Positions 35,223 to 45,300 of a DNA stretch of 64,000 nt are shown piece after piece. The notes beneath the pieces were generated by a model that was given only the letters and a program-made list of their open reading frames with translations, was not told the origin of the DNA and made no database searches. Position 1 is the stretch's first letter. The number at the start of each line of letters is the position of its first letter. The position numbers and the translations under genes are program-made. The DNA is from a virus (lineage: Duplodnaviria; Caudoviricetes): positions 1 through 64,000 of the IMG/VR virus record IMGVR_UViG_3300025084_000012. The stretch is one strand, 5' to 3'.

Positions 35223-35383
35223 AGTGTGTTATGTGTAATAGCGACACTAAGTTCTCAGATAACACCCCTACAGGGGTCAAATCCTTTTGTAGTGAGAAGT
35301 GTTGGGCTGAATATATCGGAATCGAAGTGAAGCCTGAAGGCTATTATGGAATGATTCAAAAGAAAGTAGGATGGTGGGCGTAA
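35219..35383 (+). CDS. 54-aa TRASH/Zn-finger microprotein (not in ORF track)
   Basis: MKCVMC...FCSEKC; GGAGG SD; ATGA overlap. Confidence 0.65.
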   Translation: MKCVMCNSDTKFSDNTPTGVKSFCSEKCWAEYIGIEVKPEGYYGMIQKKVGWWA

Positions 35384-35456
35384 TGGATGAGTCCGAATTG
35401 AAGATTTATATTGAAACAGAGGAGTACATCTACTGGGAATACTGGGAGGCATAAAC

Positions 35457-36068
35457 ATGAGTGACATAATGGCATTAGATATTGAGACTGGTAACTACTC
35501 TTGGGAGATAGGTGGCTGGGATAAGCATAGCCTGTTTGAACCCACTGTAGTTTGCACATGGGATGGAACTGAAGGTCACGCCTTCACCAAAGAAGACATA
35601 GACATGGCAAGCGCTACTGTTCATGACCTACATCCTCGCACGTTAGGTGACCACTTACAGAAACACATTGACGGTGGAGGTAAAATTCTCGGTCACAACA
35701 TACGTGGATTTGATTTGCCAGTGCTAAGTGCTGCACTTGACTGCTGGACTGCTGGTGATTTGATGAGTAAAAGTGAAAGCATTATCGACACCAAGATGCT
35801 GGTTAATAAAGCAGCATTGGGTATGGGTAAGGTTCACACTACACTCGATACTCTTGTTCGCTCTACTCTTGACTCATCAAAAAGTATGCAGAGTAGTGAT
35901 GCGCCAGTAGCATGGCGTGAAGGAAAATTCCTTGAGGTAGCCGACTACTGCCTCAAAGACTGCCAGTTGACTTACGACCTCTACGTGTATGGTCGTGACA
36001 ACGGTATAGTAAAGAGTCGGAGTATGGACGACGGCTCTATAGTTGAAATTGAGGTAGATTGGAAATGA
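35457..36068 (+). CDS. DnaQ-like (DEDD) 3'-5' exonuclease
   Basis: LDIET, GHNIRGFDL, YCLKD. Confidence 0.85.
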   Translation: MSDIMALDIETGNYSWEIGGWDKHSLFEPTVVCTWDGTEGHAFTKEDIDMASATVHDLHPRTLGDHLQKHIDGGGKILGHNIRGFDLPVLSAALDCWTAGDLMSKSESIIDTKMLVNKAALGMGKVHTTLDTLVRSTLDSSKSMQSSDAPVAWREGKFLEVADYCLKDCQLTYDLYVYGRDNGIVKSRSMDDGSIVEIEVDWK

Positions 36069-37591
36069 CAGATAATAACACAACACAGAGGCTAAACATA
36101 GAAGCAGTCAAGCGTATCGCTGAGACTGTAAGGACGACGCTTGGGCCATTAGGTATGGACAAGATGATGGTAGACGGTGGTGGTAATGTCATCGTGACAA
36201 ACGATGGTGCTACTATCTTACGAGAAGTAGACACTGCTCACCCTGCTGCCAAGATGGTAGTAGAGGTATCGAAGATGCAAGAAGCAAACGCATACGACGG
36301 CACTACGAGTACAGTCGTTCTCGCAAGCCAATTGCTTGCTAACTCAGAGGGTCTATTCAGTAAAGGCTTGCATCCTAACGTAATTATCAAGGGCTACTCA
36401 ACAGCACGAAACATGGCTGTTGACTGCTTAGAAGGAATGCCTGACGCTGTAGGTAACCACGAAGATTATGATATGAACGTATATCTTAGAGCAATAGCAA
36501 GAACCGCTATCACTGGTAAGTCGCTTGAAGCATCCGAAGAGAAGGTCGCTAATCTGTGCGTCGAGACTATCAAGACAATAGGAAACGCTCGTGACGTGAA
36601 GACACTCGCTGTTCCCGGCGGCTCTCTCGCTGACTCGTGGCTTTACAACGGTGTAGTCCTTAACAAAGACTTCATCGGTGGTGGAGATGAGTTCCGTAAC
36701 TGGGACAACGAAGATGGCGTAGAGATACTGCTTCTCAATGGTGGCCTAACCGAAGGCAAAGAGAGTGCAAACGTATCTGTTCAGGTGTCCGATGCAAATT
36801 CCTACAGCCAAGTCCAAGCGATGGGTCGAGACAAACTGCTTGAGGCGGCTAAGGCCGTAGTGAGTAGTGGTGCTAATGTTGTGCTATGTCGTGACGCAGT
36901 ACATGATACTGCGATTGCATATCTACGCAAGCAAGGTATCTCTGTCGTGCAACGTGTGCCTGAGAGCACGATGCGTAGACTGTCAAACGAATTGATGAAC
37001 ACTCCAATCCACATGACACCTGAGCCATCATCAACAACAGGCATAGGTCACATTGACCGTGTTATTCACAACGACGTGCCGTATCTGTATGTTAATTCAT
37101 TAGCGAAGGAGTGCATGACTACACACAGAGAATCCACACTGATACTGAAAGGTGCTACACAATCTACTCTCGATGAGATTCAACGAGGGTTTGACGACGC
37201 ATTGGGTGTTGTGTCATTGGTCAAGAACGGTGACTCCATACGCTTTGGTGGTGGTTCTACTTACGTCGCTATCGCTGCTCACTTGCGTGCTAACGCTTCT
37301 GAGGTTGGTGGACGTGCTCAGATGGCGATTGAAGCGTTTGCTGATGCACTCGAAGCCATACCTGCTACTATCGCTGAGAACGCAGGTTATGACCCACTCG
37401 ATACAGTCTTGGCTATGCGACACAAACTCCCTGAGTTATACGGCCCTGATGTAGAAAACGGAGGGGTTAAGTCCATGACGGGAGTATTTGAACCAACATC
37501 GCTTATTCGCAGTGGTATCAACGGAGCAACAGAAGTCTCATGTGCCATCCTACGCATTGATGATGTCATCGGGCGTAGAGGTGCTGAGTGA
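36065..37591 (+). CDS. ths: Group II chaperonin (thermosome subunit)
   Basis: TLGPLGMDKM, TNDGATIL, DGTTS, GGG, LRIDDVI. Confidence 0.95.
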   Translation: MTDNNTTQRLNIEAVKRIAETVRTTLGPLGMDKMMVDGGGNVIVTNDGATILREVDTAHPAAKMVVEVSKMQEANAYDGTTSTVVLASQLLANSEGLFSKGLHPNVIIKGYSTARNMAVDCLEGMPDAVGNHEDYDMNVYLRAIARTAITGKSLEASEEKVANLCVETIKTIGNARDVKTLAVPGGSLADSWLYNGVVLNKDFIGGGDEFRNWDNEDGVEILLLNGGLTEGKESANVSVQVSDANSYSQVQAMGRDKLLEAAKAVVSSGANVVLCRDAVHDTAIAYLRKQGISVVQRVPESTMRRLSNELMNTPIHMTPEPSSTTGIGHIDRVIHNDVPYLYVNSLAKECMTTHRESTLILKGATQSTLDEIQRGFDDALGVVSLVKNGDSIRFGGGSTYVAIAAHLRANASEVGGRAQMAIEAFADALEAIPATIAENAGYDPLDTVLAMRHKLPELYGPDVENGGVKSMTGVFEPTSLIRSGINGATEVSCAILRIDDVIGRRGAE

Positions 37592-37761
37592 TGGGAAGAC
37601 TCCTTGACAAACTCACAGTGAAGTGTAGGGCTTGTACACACAAGCACATACCAAGAAGACTACAAGCACGTTATCTCGATGGTGACCGTAAGCGCATAAG
37701 CCTGTGGCAGTGCAAAGAATGCGACCACATATGGCAAGACAGTGTGTTTAATCACCAGTAG
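37591..37761 (+). CDS. 56-aa Zn-ribbon protein, TFS/TFIIS C-terminal-like (not in ORF track)
   Basis: CRAC-x25-CKECDHIW; TGATG coupling. Confidence 0.65.
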   Translation: MGRLLDKLTVKCRACTHKHIPRRLQARYLDGDRKRISLWQCKECDHIWQDSVFNHQ

Positions 37762-37823
37762 TAGCGAGCCACGTTGCTACAAACCCTGCTATAAATGCTA
37801 ACAGGACAGGTAACCACATCATA

Positions 37824-37988
37824 TCACCAACTGTTTATGACGGCTTGTGTAGGCGGTGTACCCCAACTGCTCGGCCATTCGTTGAGGTTAATAGCACCGT
37901 CAATAAAATACAGACCATGTTCAGCATACTCGAATTGAGTAAAACCTGCGTTGTGCATTCCCGTTGTCATCTCTTGTGGTGTCATCAT
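37824..37988 (-). CDS. 54-aa tail-fibre-associated small protein (not in ORF track)
   Basis: MMTPQEMTTG...EWPSSWGTPPTQAVINSW; ATGA overlap with the fibre stop. Confidence 0.6.
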   Translation of the reverse strand: MMTPQEMTTGMHNAGFTQFEYAEHGLYFIDGAINLNEWPSSWGTPPTQAVINSW

Positions 37989-40612
37989 AGCATCTCCGTA
38001 ATTTGAAAGTAAGTGAGAGTGTTGAGGGATGCTCCTATGGTTCCGCTACTTGCCGCATGAGCGTAGTGTGCAACCTTATCACCAGTATTTAATTTGATTA
38101 CTGCTGATATATGTGTATCTGCACCGTTAGCACTATTTCTACGAAGCCGAATAGCGTACCCTGAACCTGTATCAACCTGTATTAGAGACATAGTCCATGA
38201 TGGAGCAGATGTGAAATAAAAACTACACGCTACGAGATAGTACCCATCTCTCGGTGCAGTATATTCATTGTTGGATGTACTAAAGTTAGAGCCTTCATTC
38301 CACAAAACTGTATCATGTGTTATCTTTGTTGACCCTGAACTGTAACTTTGATTCCCCGAAAGATAGGCAAAAAACTTCGATGATTTGACGGCTATGTTGT
38401 TAATTTCATTAGTGTTGGTGTTTGCTAATATTGTGTTCGCTAAAATGGAAGGGGCGTTAGCGGCCTGTGCCATAGCGTCTGTGTACTCTGTTGCACCGTC
38501 AGCGACGTTCAGCATGGTTCGCACATCTGCGGGAGATATTTCTTCAATAATACCTGCACCTGCGCTGTCTCTTCCAAGTAGTTTATCCGTCGCTGATACA
38601 TCTTGCATCTTAGCATAAGTAACTGCATCAGCCGCAATAGTAGCCGCTACTGAACCTGAACCGCTTGCTGTAACATCACCTGTTAGTGCTGTTATACCAG
38701 CCGCCGCAAGGTCGCTTGTTAAGGCAACAGTGCCTGTAGAATCAGGTAGAGTGATTGTTCTATCAGCAGTGGGGTTCGTTACAGTTAACGTAGTCTCAAA
38801 GTCACCTACAGCCGTAGAGCCTTCAAAGGTCAAATCAACATCAACGCCGAGATTGACATTCGTATCAATCAAGACTCTCTCAGTTCCCGCCGTATGCATG
38901 GAGATAGTATCGGCATCTGATGAAGTTTCCACATCTATCTTAGTATCAGTATCAGCGTCTGTTATACTTGAGCCATCACCAGCCAATGCTGCTATAGAAG
39001 AAGCAGTAACAGTCTTGACTGCGTTACCACCATCTGTGTCTTGAATCAGCACTTTGTCAGTAGCGCTGACTGTTGCTGCTGTGTAAGCGTGACCAGTAAT
39101 AGCGGCATTGACATTTGTCGCATCAGTAACATCGGCTGCCGCTTCTATGGCTGTGAGTTTACTTCTCTCAGCAGTGCTAATGATTGAACCCGAACCTACT
39201 GCTGATACATCGCTCAAGTCAGTAACGCTTGATGCTGAGTTAAGAACAGTGTTTGCTCCATGCTTCAAAGCGTTAGATGCACCATTGTCCAGCCAAAGCG
39301 TGTTTGCGGTAGTCCCACCGGGATTGGCTGCTACGGGTGTGAGTTCAAGCCCTGTAGGGTCAATCAATCCTGTAACGGTCAGTTTACCATTGACAGTGAG
39401 TGTAGACGAGGCAGCAGTCCAAAACAACTTAGCATCGCTTGTATGACTACCCGCACCATCTGACAACTGAACTAAACCAGTTGCTCCGCTTGCTATGTGG
39501 GTGACTGTAGAACTGTGAATCACCTTGACCCAAGCAGTGCCGTTGTATACGAACATAACCGCCTCGGTGTTAGCCAGCCCTATATTCAACCCACTGGGGT
39601 CAAAGGTAACAACACCAGCACCTGCGTTACTCACAATAACTGTGTGACCGGGAGGGAATGTTCCTGTCGGAGTCAAAGACTTAGCGCTACCACCAGTAAA
39701 AGTGAATACTTGTGCATCATCGAACTCAAAAGCAAGACTCGCAGTCAGTGCTTTAATGCGATTAGGCCCAAGCAAATGTGTGTGACGGTTCGACCCATCC
39801 TTAGCACTGAAGTAGAGGTTTGGTAAGTTGTCATCTTCGTTATACGACAACCACATAACACCGTTGCTACCAAAGTCTCCTTCTTCACCAGTGCCGTGAA
39901 TGTCCTCCAAAGCAGTATGTGTGTTCAAGTGGTTTGTCGAACCCACCGCACCCGTAGTTACGGGAGACAAATAGAACGGCGAAGGTCGGACAAATACTCG
40001 CTTGTCGTTGATTTCAGAAAGTGTGAGTTTGAGGTCATTCGCAGCAGCAGCGCCACTGTTAAACGTAGCCCTGACAGTAGCCAAGACCACAGTTTGCTTA
40101 TTTGAAGCAGCACTGACACCACTCATTTTCAAGTAAGCATCTGCTATTGAACCTGATATGTCTGAGTATGCACCAGCGGCAGTTGTAACGGGTGTAGTTT
40201 GAACAAACTTCGCACCCAAAGAAGTTGCTACAATGACGAACAAACACTCCTTTCCTGATGTCAAGGCGTTAGTGGTTGTACCTGCAAGGAATGCTGAGCC
40301 TCCTGTTGTGCTATCTGTTAAGTTGATAGTGACATCACCACCTGACCCATTATCAATAGTGTAAGGTACACCATCAAGAATAACGCTACAAGCCTTAATT
40401 GTGACTTGATGATTACTACCACTTACCGCACCGGGTAGGCTTGTAGGAGTGTTTCTATCACTGCTACCAAAGGCTGTATCGTGTGCGTTGAGTACACCGT
40501 TACCGTGTAGTCCTTCGTAGATGTTCGTTAGTGACGGAGATAGGATGTGGTCACCGTCTCGTAGCCCATCGTTTGCCCCTGCTGTGTGTCCTGATATTGG
40601 ATTGTCGGCCAT
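37985..40612 (-). CDS. Tail fibre/adhesin with C-terminal C1q-like domain
   Basis: G/A/T-rich shaft; FFAYLS..Q...I..D....N.G..F......YTAP.DGYY; GAGGTGA SD. Confidence 0.8.
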   Translation of the reverse strand: MADNPISGHTAGANDGLRDGDHILSPSLTNIYEGLHGNGVLNAHDTAFGSSDRNTPTSLPGAVSGSNHQVTIKACSVILDGVPYTIDNGSGGDVTINLTDSTTGGSAFLAGTTTNALTSGKECLFVIVATSLGAKFVQTTPVTTAAGAYSDISGSIADAYLKMSGVSAASNKQTVVLATVRATFNSGAAAANDLKLTLSEINDKRVFVRPSPFYLSPVTTGAVGSTNHLNTHTALEDIHGTGEEGDFGSNGVMWLSYNEDDNLPNLYFSAKDGSNRHTHLLGPNRIKALTASLAFEFDDAQVFTFTGGSAKSLTPTGTFPPGHTVIVSNAGAGVVTFDPSGLNIGLANTEAVMFVYNGTAWVKVIHSSTVTHIASGATGLVQLSDGAGSHTSDAKLFWTAASSTLTVNGKLTVTGLIDPTGLELTPVAANPGGTTANTLWLDNGASNALKHGANTVLNSASSVTDLSDVSAVGSGSIISTAERSKLTAIEAAADVTDATNVNAAITGHAYTAATVSATDKVLIQDTDGGNAVKTVTASSIAALAGDGSSITDADTDTKIDVETSSDADTISMHTAGTERVLIDTNVNLGVDVDLTFEGSTAVGDFETTLTVTNPTADRTITLPDSTGTVALTSDLAAAGITALTGDVTASGSGSVAATIAADAVTYAKMQDVSATDKLLGRDSAGAGIIEEISPADVRTMLNVADGATEYTDAMAQAANAPSILANTILANTNTNEINNIAVKSSKFFAYLSGNQSYSSGSTKITHDTVLWNEGSNFSTSNNEYTAPRDGYYLVACSFYFTSAPSWTMSLIQVDTGSGYAIRLRRNSANGADTHISAVIKLNTGDKVAHYAHAASSGTIGASLNTLTYFQITEML

Positions 40613-40956
40613 TATTTCACCTCAATGAGTATTTGTATTCGTATCTCGTTTGATTTTGTTTTTGTAAACGATGCTATGGTGTGTCTCGCTATTGGAATAG
40701 TGCTGAGTGTGCCTCTGAATTGAATGAAGACTTCTTTGAGCGATTCGTTGAAGGAATGAGATGCGTCTAAGAATCCTTCAACCAGTAGTGAAGAATCGCT
40801 TACGATACGCACTGTAGGATTGACAACCTTGGCGGGTCTACCAGCAGCACCATCACTTTTCGTAGCAGGGTTACCGTCGAAGCCAATGACCATTTCATTG
40901 ATGTTATCAGCAATCGTTTCAATCAACAACCGTCTTACATGATTTGATACTGGCAT
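40612..40956 (-). CDS. Putative tail/baseplate protein
   Basis: In the structural operon. Confidence 0.6.
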   Translation of the reverse strand: MPVSNHVRRLLIETIADNINEMVIGFDGNPATKSDGAAGRPAKVVNPTVRIVSDSSLLVEGFLDASHSFNESLKEVFIQFRGTLSTIPIARHTIASFTKTKSNEIRIQILIEVK

Positions 40957-42381
40957 TCACTCACCCCTCTCTGTAAATTTAGCAGTCTTGCTACCACCGA
41001 CTTTTTCACCAGTAGCAACGCCGACCACACCTCTACCCATACCTCTCCCTATGATGAAACCATCGCCTGATACACCGTGTCCAACAATCTCTGTTACGAC
41101 GACTGAAACAATTTCAACATCGCCAAACAGAGCCATGTTCTTCTCAAGAATCTGCTCGATGCTATCAACTTGGTCACCAGAATTTTTAGTACCTTGAAGT
41201 ATACCCTGTAGAACGCCTTCAACGCCACTGTCTACACTCAGGAATACAAGGTCAGCGACGTTTTGAGAGAATTTATGTCTTACTTCGACTAAGATTTTTC
41301 TTTGTCCATTATACTCGATAATCATACCGGGTCGCAAGTCCCAACTATTCGGATGACCTGCGCTCGTGAGGTTACCAAGCATGACTGCATTTGCTTTCAG
41401 TATGTTACGACCAGTCTCTCTTGCTTGTTCGTTACTACGAACAGTGAAGTCACCAACAATCTGTGGTTCCTCTAACACCTCACCAGCCCGACCTGACTGT
41501 TTTTCTGAGTTGTTTACTTCAGCAAACGCAGTATCGTTTACAGCCGTTGGTAGACCCTCTACAATTACTCTGTTCGATATGTTTTCAATTGGGTTATTGA
41601 TTGCTGGGCCAGTACGAGCATAGTGGTCGATAAATCGACTCTTCTCCTCAAACTGGAATGGGACGTAAAGCAAGTTACCAAACCTGTCAAAGTGGATGAC
41701 TCGGCCATCATGACGGCTAATGAACCGTAGAGCATCAACAAGCGTAATACCATGAAAGTCTACACCAACGAAACTGTTGCTGTGTAGTCTTCTATCAACT
41801 TGAGAATTGCTTGGACTCAATGGCAGTGCGATGTTTACAGACGTAAGAGAATCAGCGATGTCTCTGCTGATGCGTATAGCCAAGTCTGTTGTTCTTAAGC
41901 CAGCATCAATTGGTTGTCCGAAGTGAGCCTGTGTTTGAGAAAAACCCAGTTTACTAAGTGTCTTACCCTTCATGTTTCTTACAGCAAAAGTGGTTCCAGT
42001 GCCACTATTAACAACTGAAGATGTTCGCAGTCTTTCACTATCGACACCCTTACCATAAAGCAGCACTGGTTTGTTTTTATCGCTGTCACTGGTAATGCTT
42101 GAACCTAAGTAAACCACAGAGCCTTCGTAGTTTCGCCCATGCGTGCCTGTGTGTTTTAGGATAACAGAATCCTGTAGTTCTGTCATGGTGTAAGTGTGTG
42201 GTGTAGAGACAGCATAGGTGGTGGTTTTGCGTTGCCTCACCGTGACCTTCTTCTCCAAGTTCTTCTGTGGTGTATACTCACCAAGATGAAGGGCGTTGTC
42301 CACAAACTTTGGTTTACGCACCGCCTTCATCACAACATCCGTGTCGGCTGTTGCTCGCTTGTCCTTGAGTAAACCCATCAT
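40957..42381 (-). CDS. Putative tail hub/baseplate protein
   Basis: ALRFIS..DG..IHFDRFGNL.Y; WDLRPG..I. Confidence 0.55.
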   Translation of the reverse strand: MMGLLKDKRATADTDVVMKAVRKPKFVDNALHLGEYTPQKNLEKKVTVRQRKTTTYAVSTPHTYTMTELQDSVILKHTGTHGRNYEGSVVYLGSSITSDSDKNKPVLLYGKGVDSERLRTSSVVNSGTGTTFAVRNMKGKTLSKLGFSQTQAHFGQPIDAGLRTTDLAIRISRDIADSLTSVNIALPLSPSNSQVDRRLHSNSFVGVDFHGITLVDALRFISRHDGRVIHFDRFGNLLYVPFQFEEKSRFIDHYARTGPAINNPIENISNRVIVEGLPTAVNDTAFAEVNNSEKQSGRAGEVLEEPQIVGDFTVRSNEQARETGRNILKANAVMLGNLTSAGHPNSWDLRPGMIIEYNGQRKILVEVRHKFSQNVADLVFLSVDSGVEGVLQGILQGTKNSGDQVDSIEQILEKNMALFGDVEIVSVVVTEIVGHGVSGDGFIIGRGMGRGVVGVATGEKVGGSKTAKFTERGE

Positions 42382-45300
42382 GCATCACCACTGTGGTCTG
42401 ATGTATTGAACGATACATCTTCCTTATGTCCCTTGCTGTGCAACGATTGACTGAATCTTGGTTTGACGGTGTAGTCTTTACTCTCACCAGTTCTTCTTGG
42501 AGCATCACTCTTGAAGTGCTGTAATGTGTTTTCACTGATGACAAGTCGAGTAACAGTGCTCTTCAGTGTCGTCTTATCAAAGCCAGTAACCTCTGTTCCC
42601 GGTAACTTCGGCCCTTTCGATACTGGCACAGTGTCGCTACTGCTCTCAACAAGATACACTGGTTGGTATGGCGCTGATGTGTTAGGATTGGTAGCACGCA
42701 TGTATGACCCGCTGCTTGCTCTACCGTTTGGAGTTGAGTAGGTAAACATTCCATACTTACCACCAGCAGTAGCAGTGAACGCAGTGCTACCGTTTTGCTT
42801 GCTATCAGTGTGCAAAGCCAATGCTGGTCTGAATACCGCTATGTGTTGGTTGTCGAGGAGTCGTATAGGTCGCAGCATAAACTGCACTGAATCATCAGCC
42901 ATGTTTGTCTGACTGGCTACTGAACTTGTTGTTTGGTATGGGTTGCTTGTCTTTGTACCACTCATACCACTTCGTCCCCAACCTGTATCATCGAATGGAC
43001 TGGCGAAACTACGAGCCTCCAAGATGTAAGTTCCACCCATAGGCTTGAAGTTACTTGTGTGGCTGAATCGCATCACACCACCATGAGGCTGAGCAGCGAA
43101 GGACAAGGCTGTCAGGTCGTAGTCGCCAAGCGTTTGAGAGCCTGACTGCATACCACCATGTAGCACAACTCTCTGACCCACACCTCTGTTAGTGTGTAGA
43201 CTGTGTGCTTCTGAGTTGATGGCTACCATGTTGGCGTTGCTGCCAGTCAAGGATTCTACGGTGTCTCCGTCGATACCAATTCGTGGTGACGAGCGAGAAA
43301 CAGCATCCTTGTGAACCGATGTCCCGCTGATGGATTCTACCTTGTCGCTGACTGTTGCTTCAGGTTTGAGTAGTCCGTCCTCATCGACTTCCAACCGAGC
43401 ACTAATACCTCTGACAATTTCACTTGGTTGTAGTGCATCGTTTCTTGGTCGAATCAAGCCTTGACCGAATGTAGGTTCAGCAGTGTTGCTTGATAAGACA
43501 ACACCTGAGTTTTGGTACACTGCACTGAGTTCAACCAGTCTGTCCTCATTGAATTGTGTTGGGAATCGTACACCACGTCCGTTACCCATGTCTCCTACTC
43601 GTAGTGCGTTGGTAGGAGCAAACACATCGACCAACGTGGTGTCTGCATTGTTGTTACCAGTGTTCTTTCTACCACCAAAGCGAGGTATTGTAACCGTTGG
43701 AGATGCTAATACTGCACCCGATGATGTATCTGAGTCAGCGGCTATTCCCTTGAGATTGAAGATAGGCTTGTTATTGTTCCATATACGGGCGTAAGGTGTT
43801 CTACCATTAGTTCTATCATACTCGTATGCATCTCCAGCATCCCATGATGGATTGATACCAAAACTACGAACAGGCATACGCCTAATATCCTCACCACGAG
43901 TGTTACCCCACCAGTCGATGAGATAATACGATACAGCATCTTTGTAGAAGTTCTTACCCATACCAGCGGAATCGCCCCACCAATCTCGTATCACAGTGCT
44001 GGCATTCTTCAAAGTGCGTAGAGCGCATCCAAATCCTCTCGTCATTCGTCGTCCATCGCTGTAACGCACCTGCCATTCGTATTTGTCGGCATTCAGCATA
44101 CCAGCAGCAGTTGTTCCACGCTCAAGAATACCAACATAGGTAGTCGGTAGGTTGGTACTGCTTTGTGTGCTGTCTCCGCCAGCGTAAAGCCACCCGTTAC
44201 TTGTTATAGTTTCATACTCAACCAGTGGCCCTGCTTTGTAACCAACAGCAAGATTGCTTGCACCTGAGTGTGTGGCTTGCTCTTGGAATGCTCGCATACC
44301 ATAATGACCCCATTGAGGTCTGTTCCAAGCCTGTCGTAGTCCGAAACGATAACCAAACGGATATGTTCGTATACTGCTAAGTGAAGTAGTGCTCACACCA
44401 TTAGCAACCGCATAACTACCGTCATCATCGTCATCTTTCCAATGTATACCAGCATTATGTGCGTAACTTTGTGGAACGTGCCACGCTGCTGATGACATAG
44501 CGTAACCGTCTAATCGACTAATCAGTGGCCCACCACGACTGCCGCAAGGCCAGTAATTGGTAAGCATGTAAGCCCCACCTTGAGCCGACAAACCACTGAT
44601 GGAGTTGATGTCTGTACCGCTTAGAATTTCACCATCACCATCAAGGTATACCTTGTCACCTGCCGCAAGATTACTCTCAAATATCTCAGAGTAAAGAGTG
44701 ATGTCTGCACCACTAACGCCGTTTACTCTACCAAGAACTCGCCCATTAGCAAACAAGACATCTTGGTTGCTCACCCCAGTAACTGTGTCACTCATTGTGA
44801 TAACGGTAACAGTTGTAGTTGTAACCGAACTAACAGTCCCAGCAAGTGCTTTAGGTGGAACAGGTGTCTTCATTTGTAATGTAAGTGGGCCGTGACTTGC
44901 TGTATAATTGACATCTTGGTAGTGAATTGTCTCAAAGTGCTGTGGCATACTGTTGTATGCGGCGTTATTAACGGCTCTGTCTAATGTATGATTGTCACCG
45001 TTTGTAATCCAAGTTCGGCTGGCATCTGAGTAGAATGTATGAGGCCGACCCAAGTTAGGACTCCAAGCACATAGATATGAGTCAGTTGAGAAAAGACTGT
45101 TTGTGTCTCTCGTTCCTGTAAGCAACTGACTGAGATTTTTGGTCAAAACACTTTCGTTATCTTTAGTGAAGATGTCGTTTACTGATTTTGTAGAATATGA
45201 TTTACTCAGTGTTAGTTTTGTGCCATCGGCTATGGTAACTCCCGTTGGTAGATGAAACACATCAGGCTCATTCATGGTCGCTGAACTGTGACTCAAGCCT

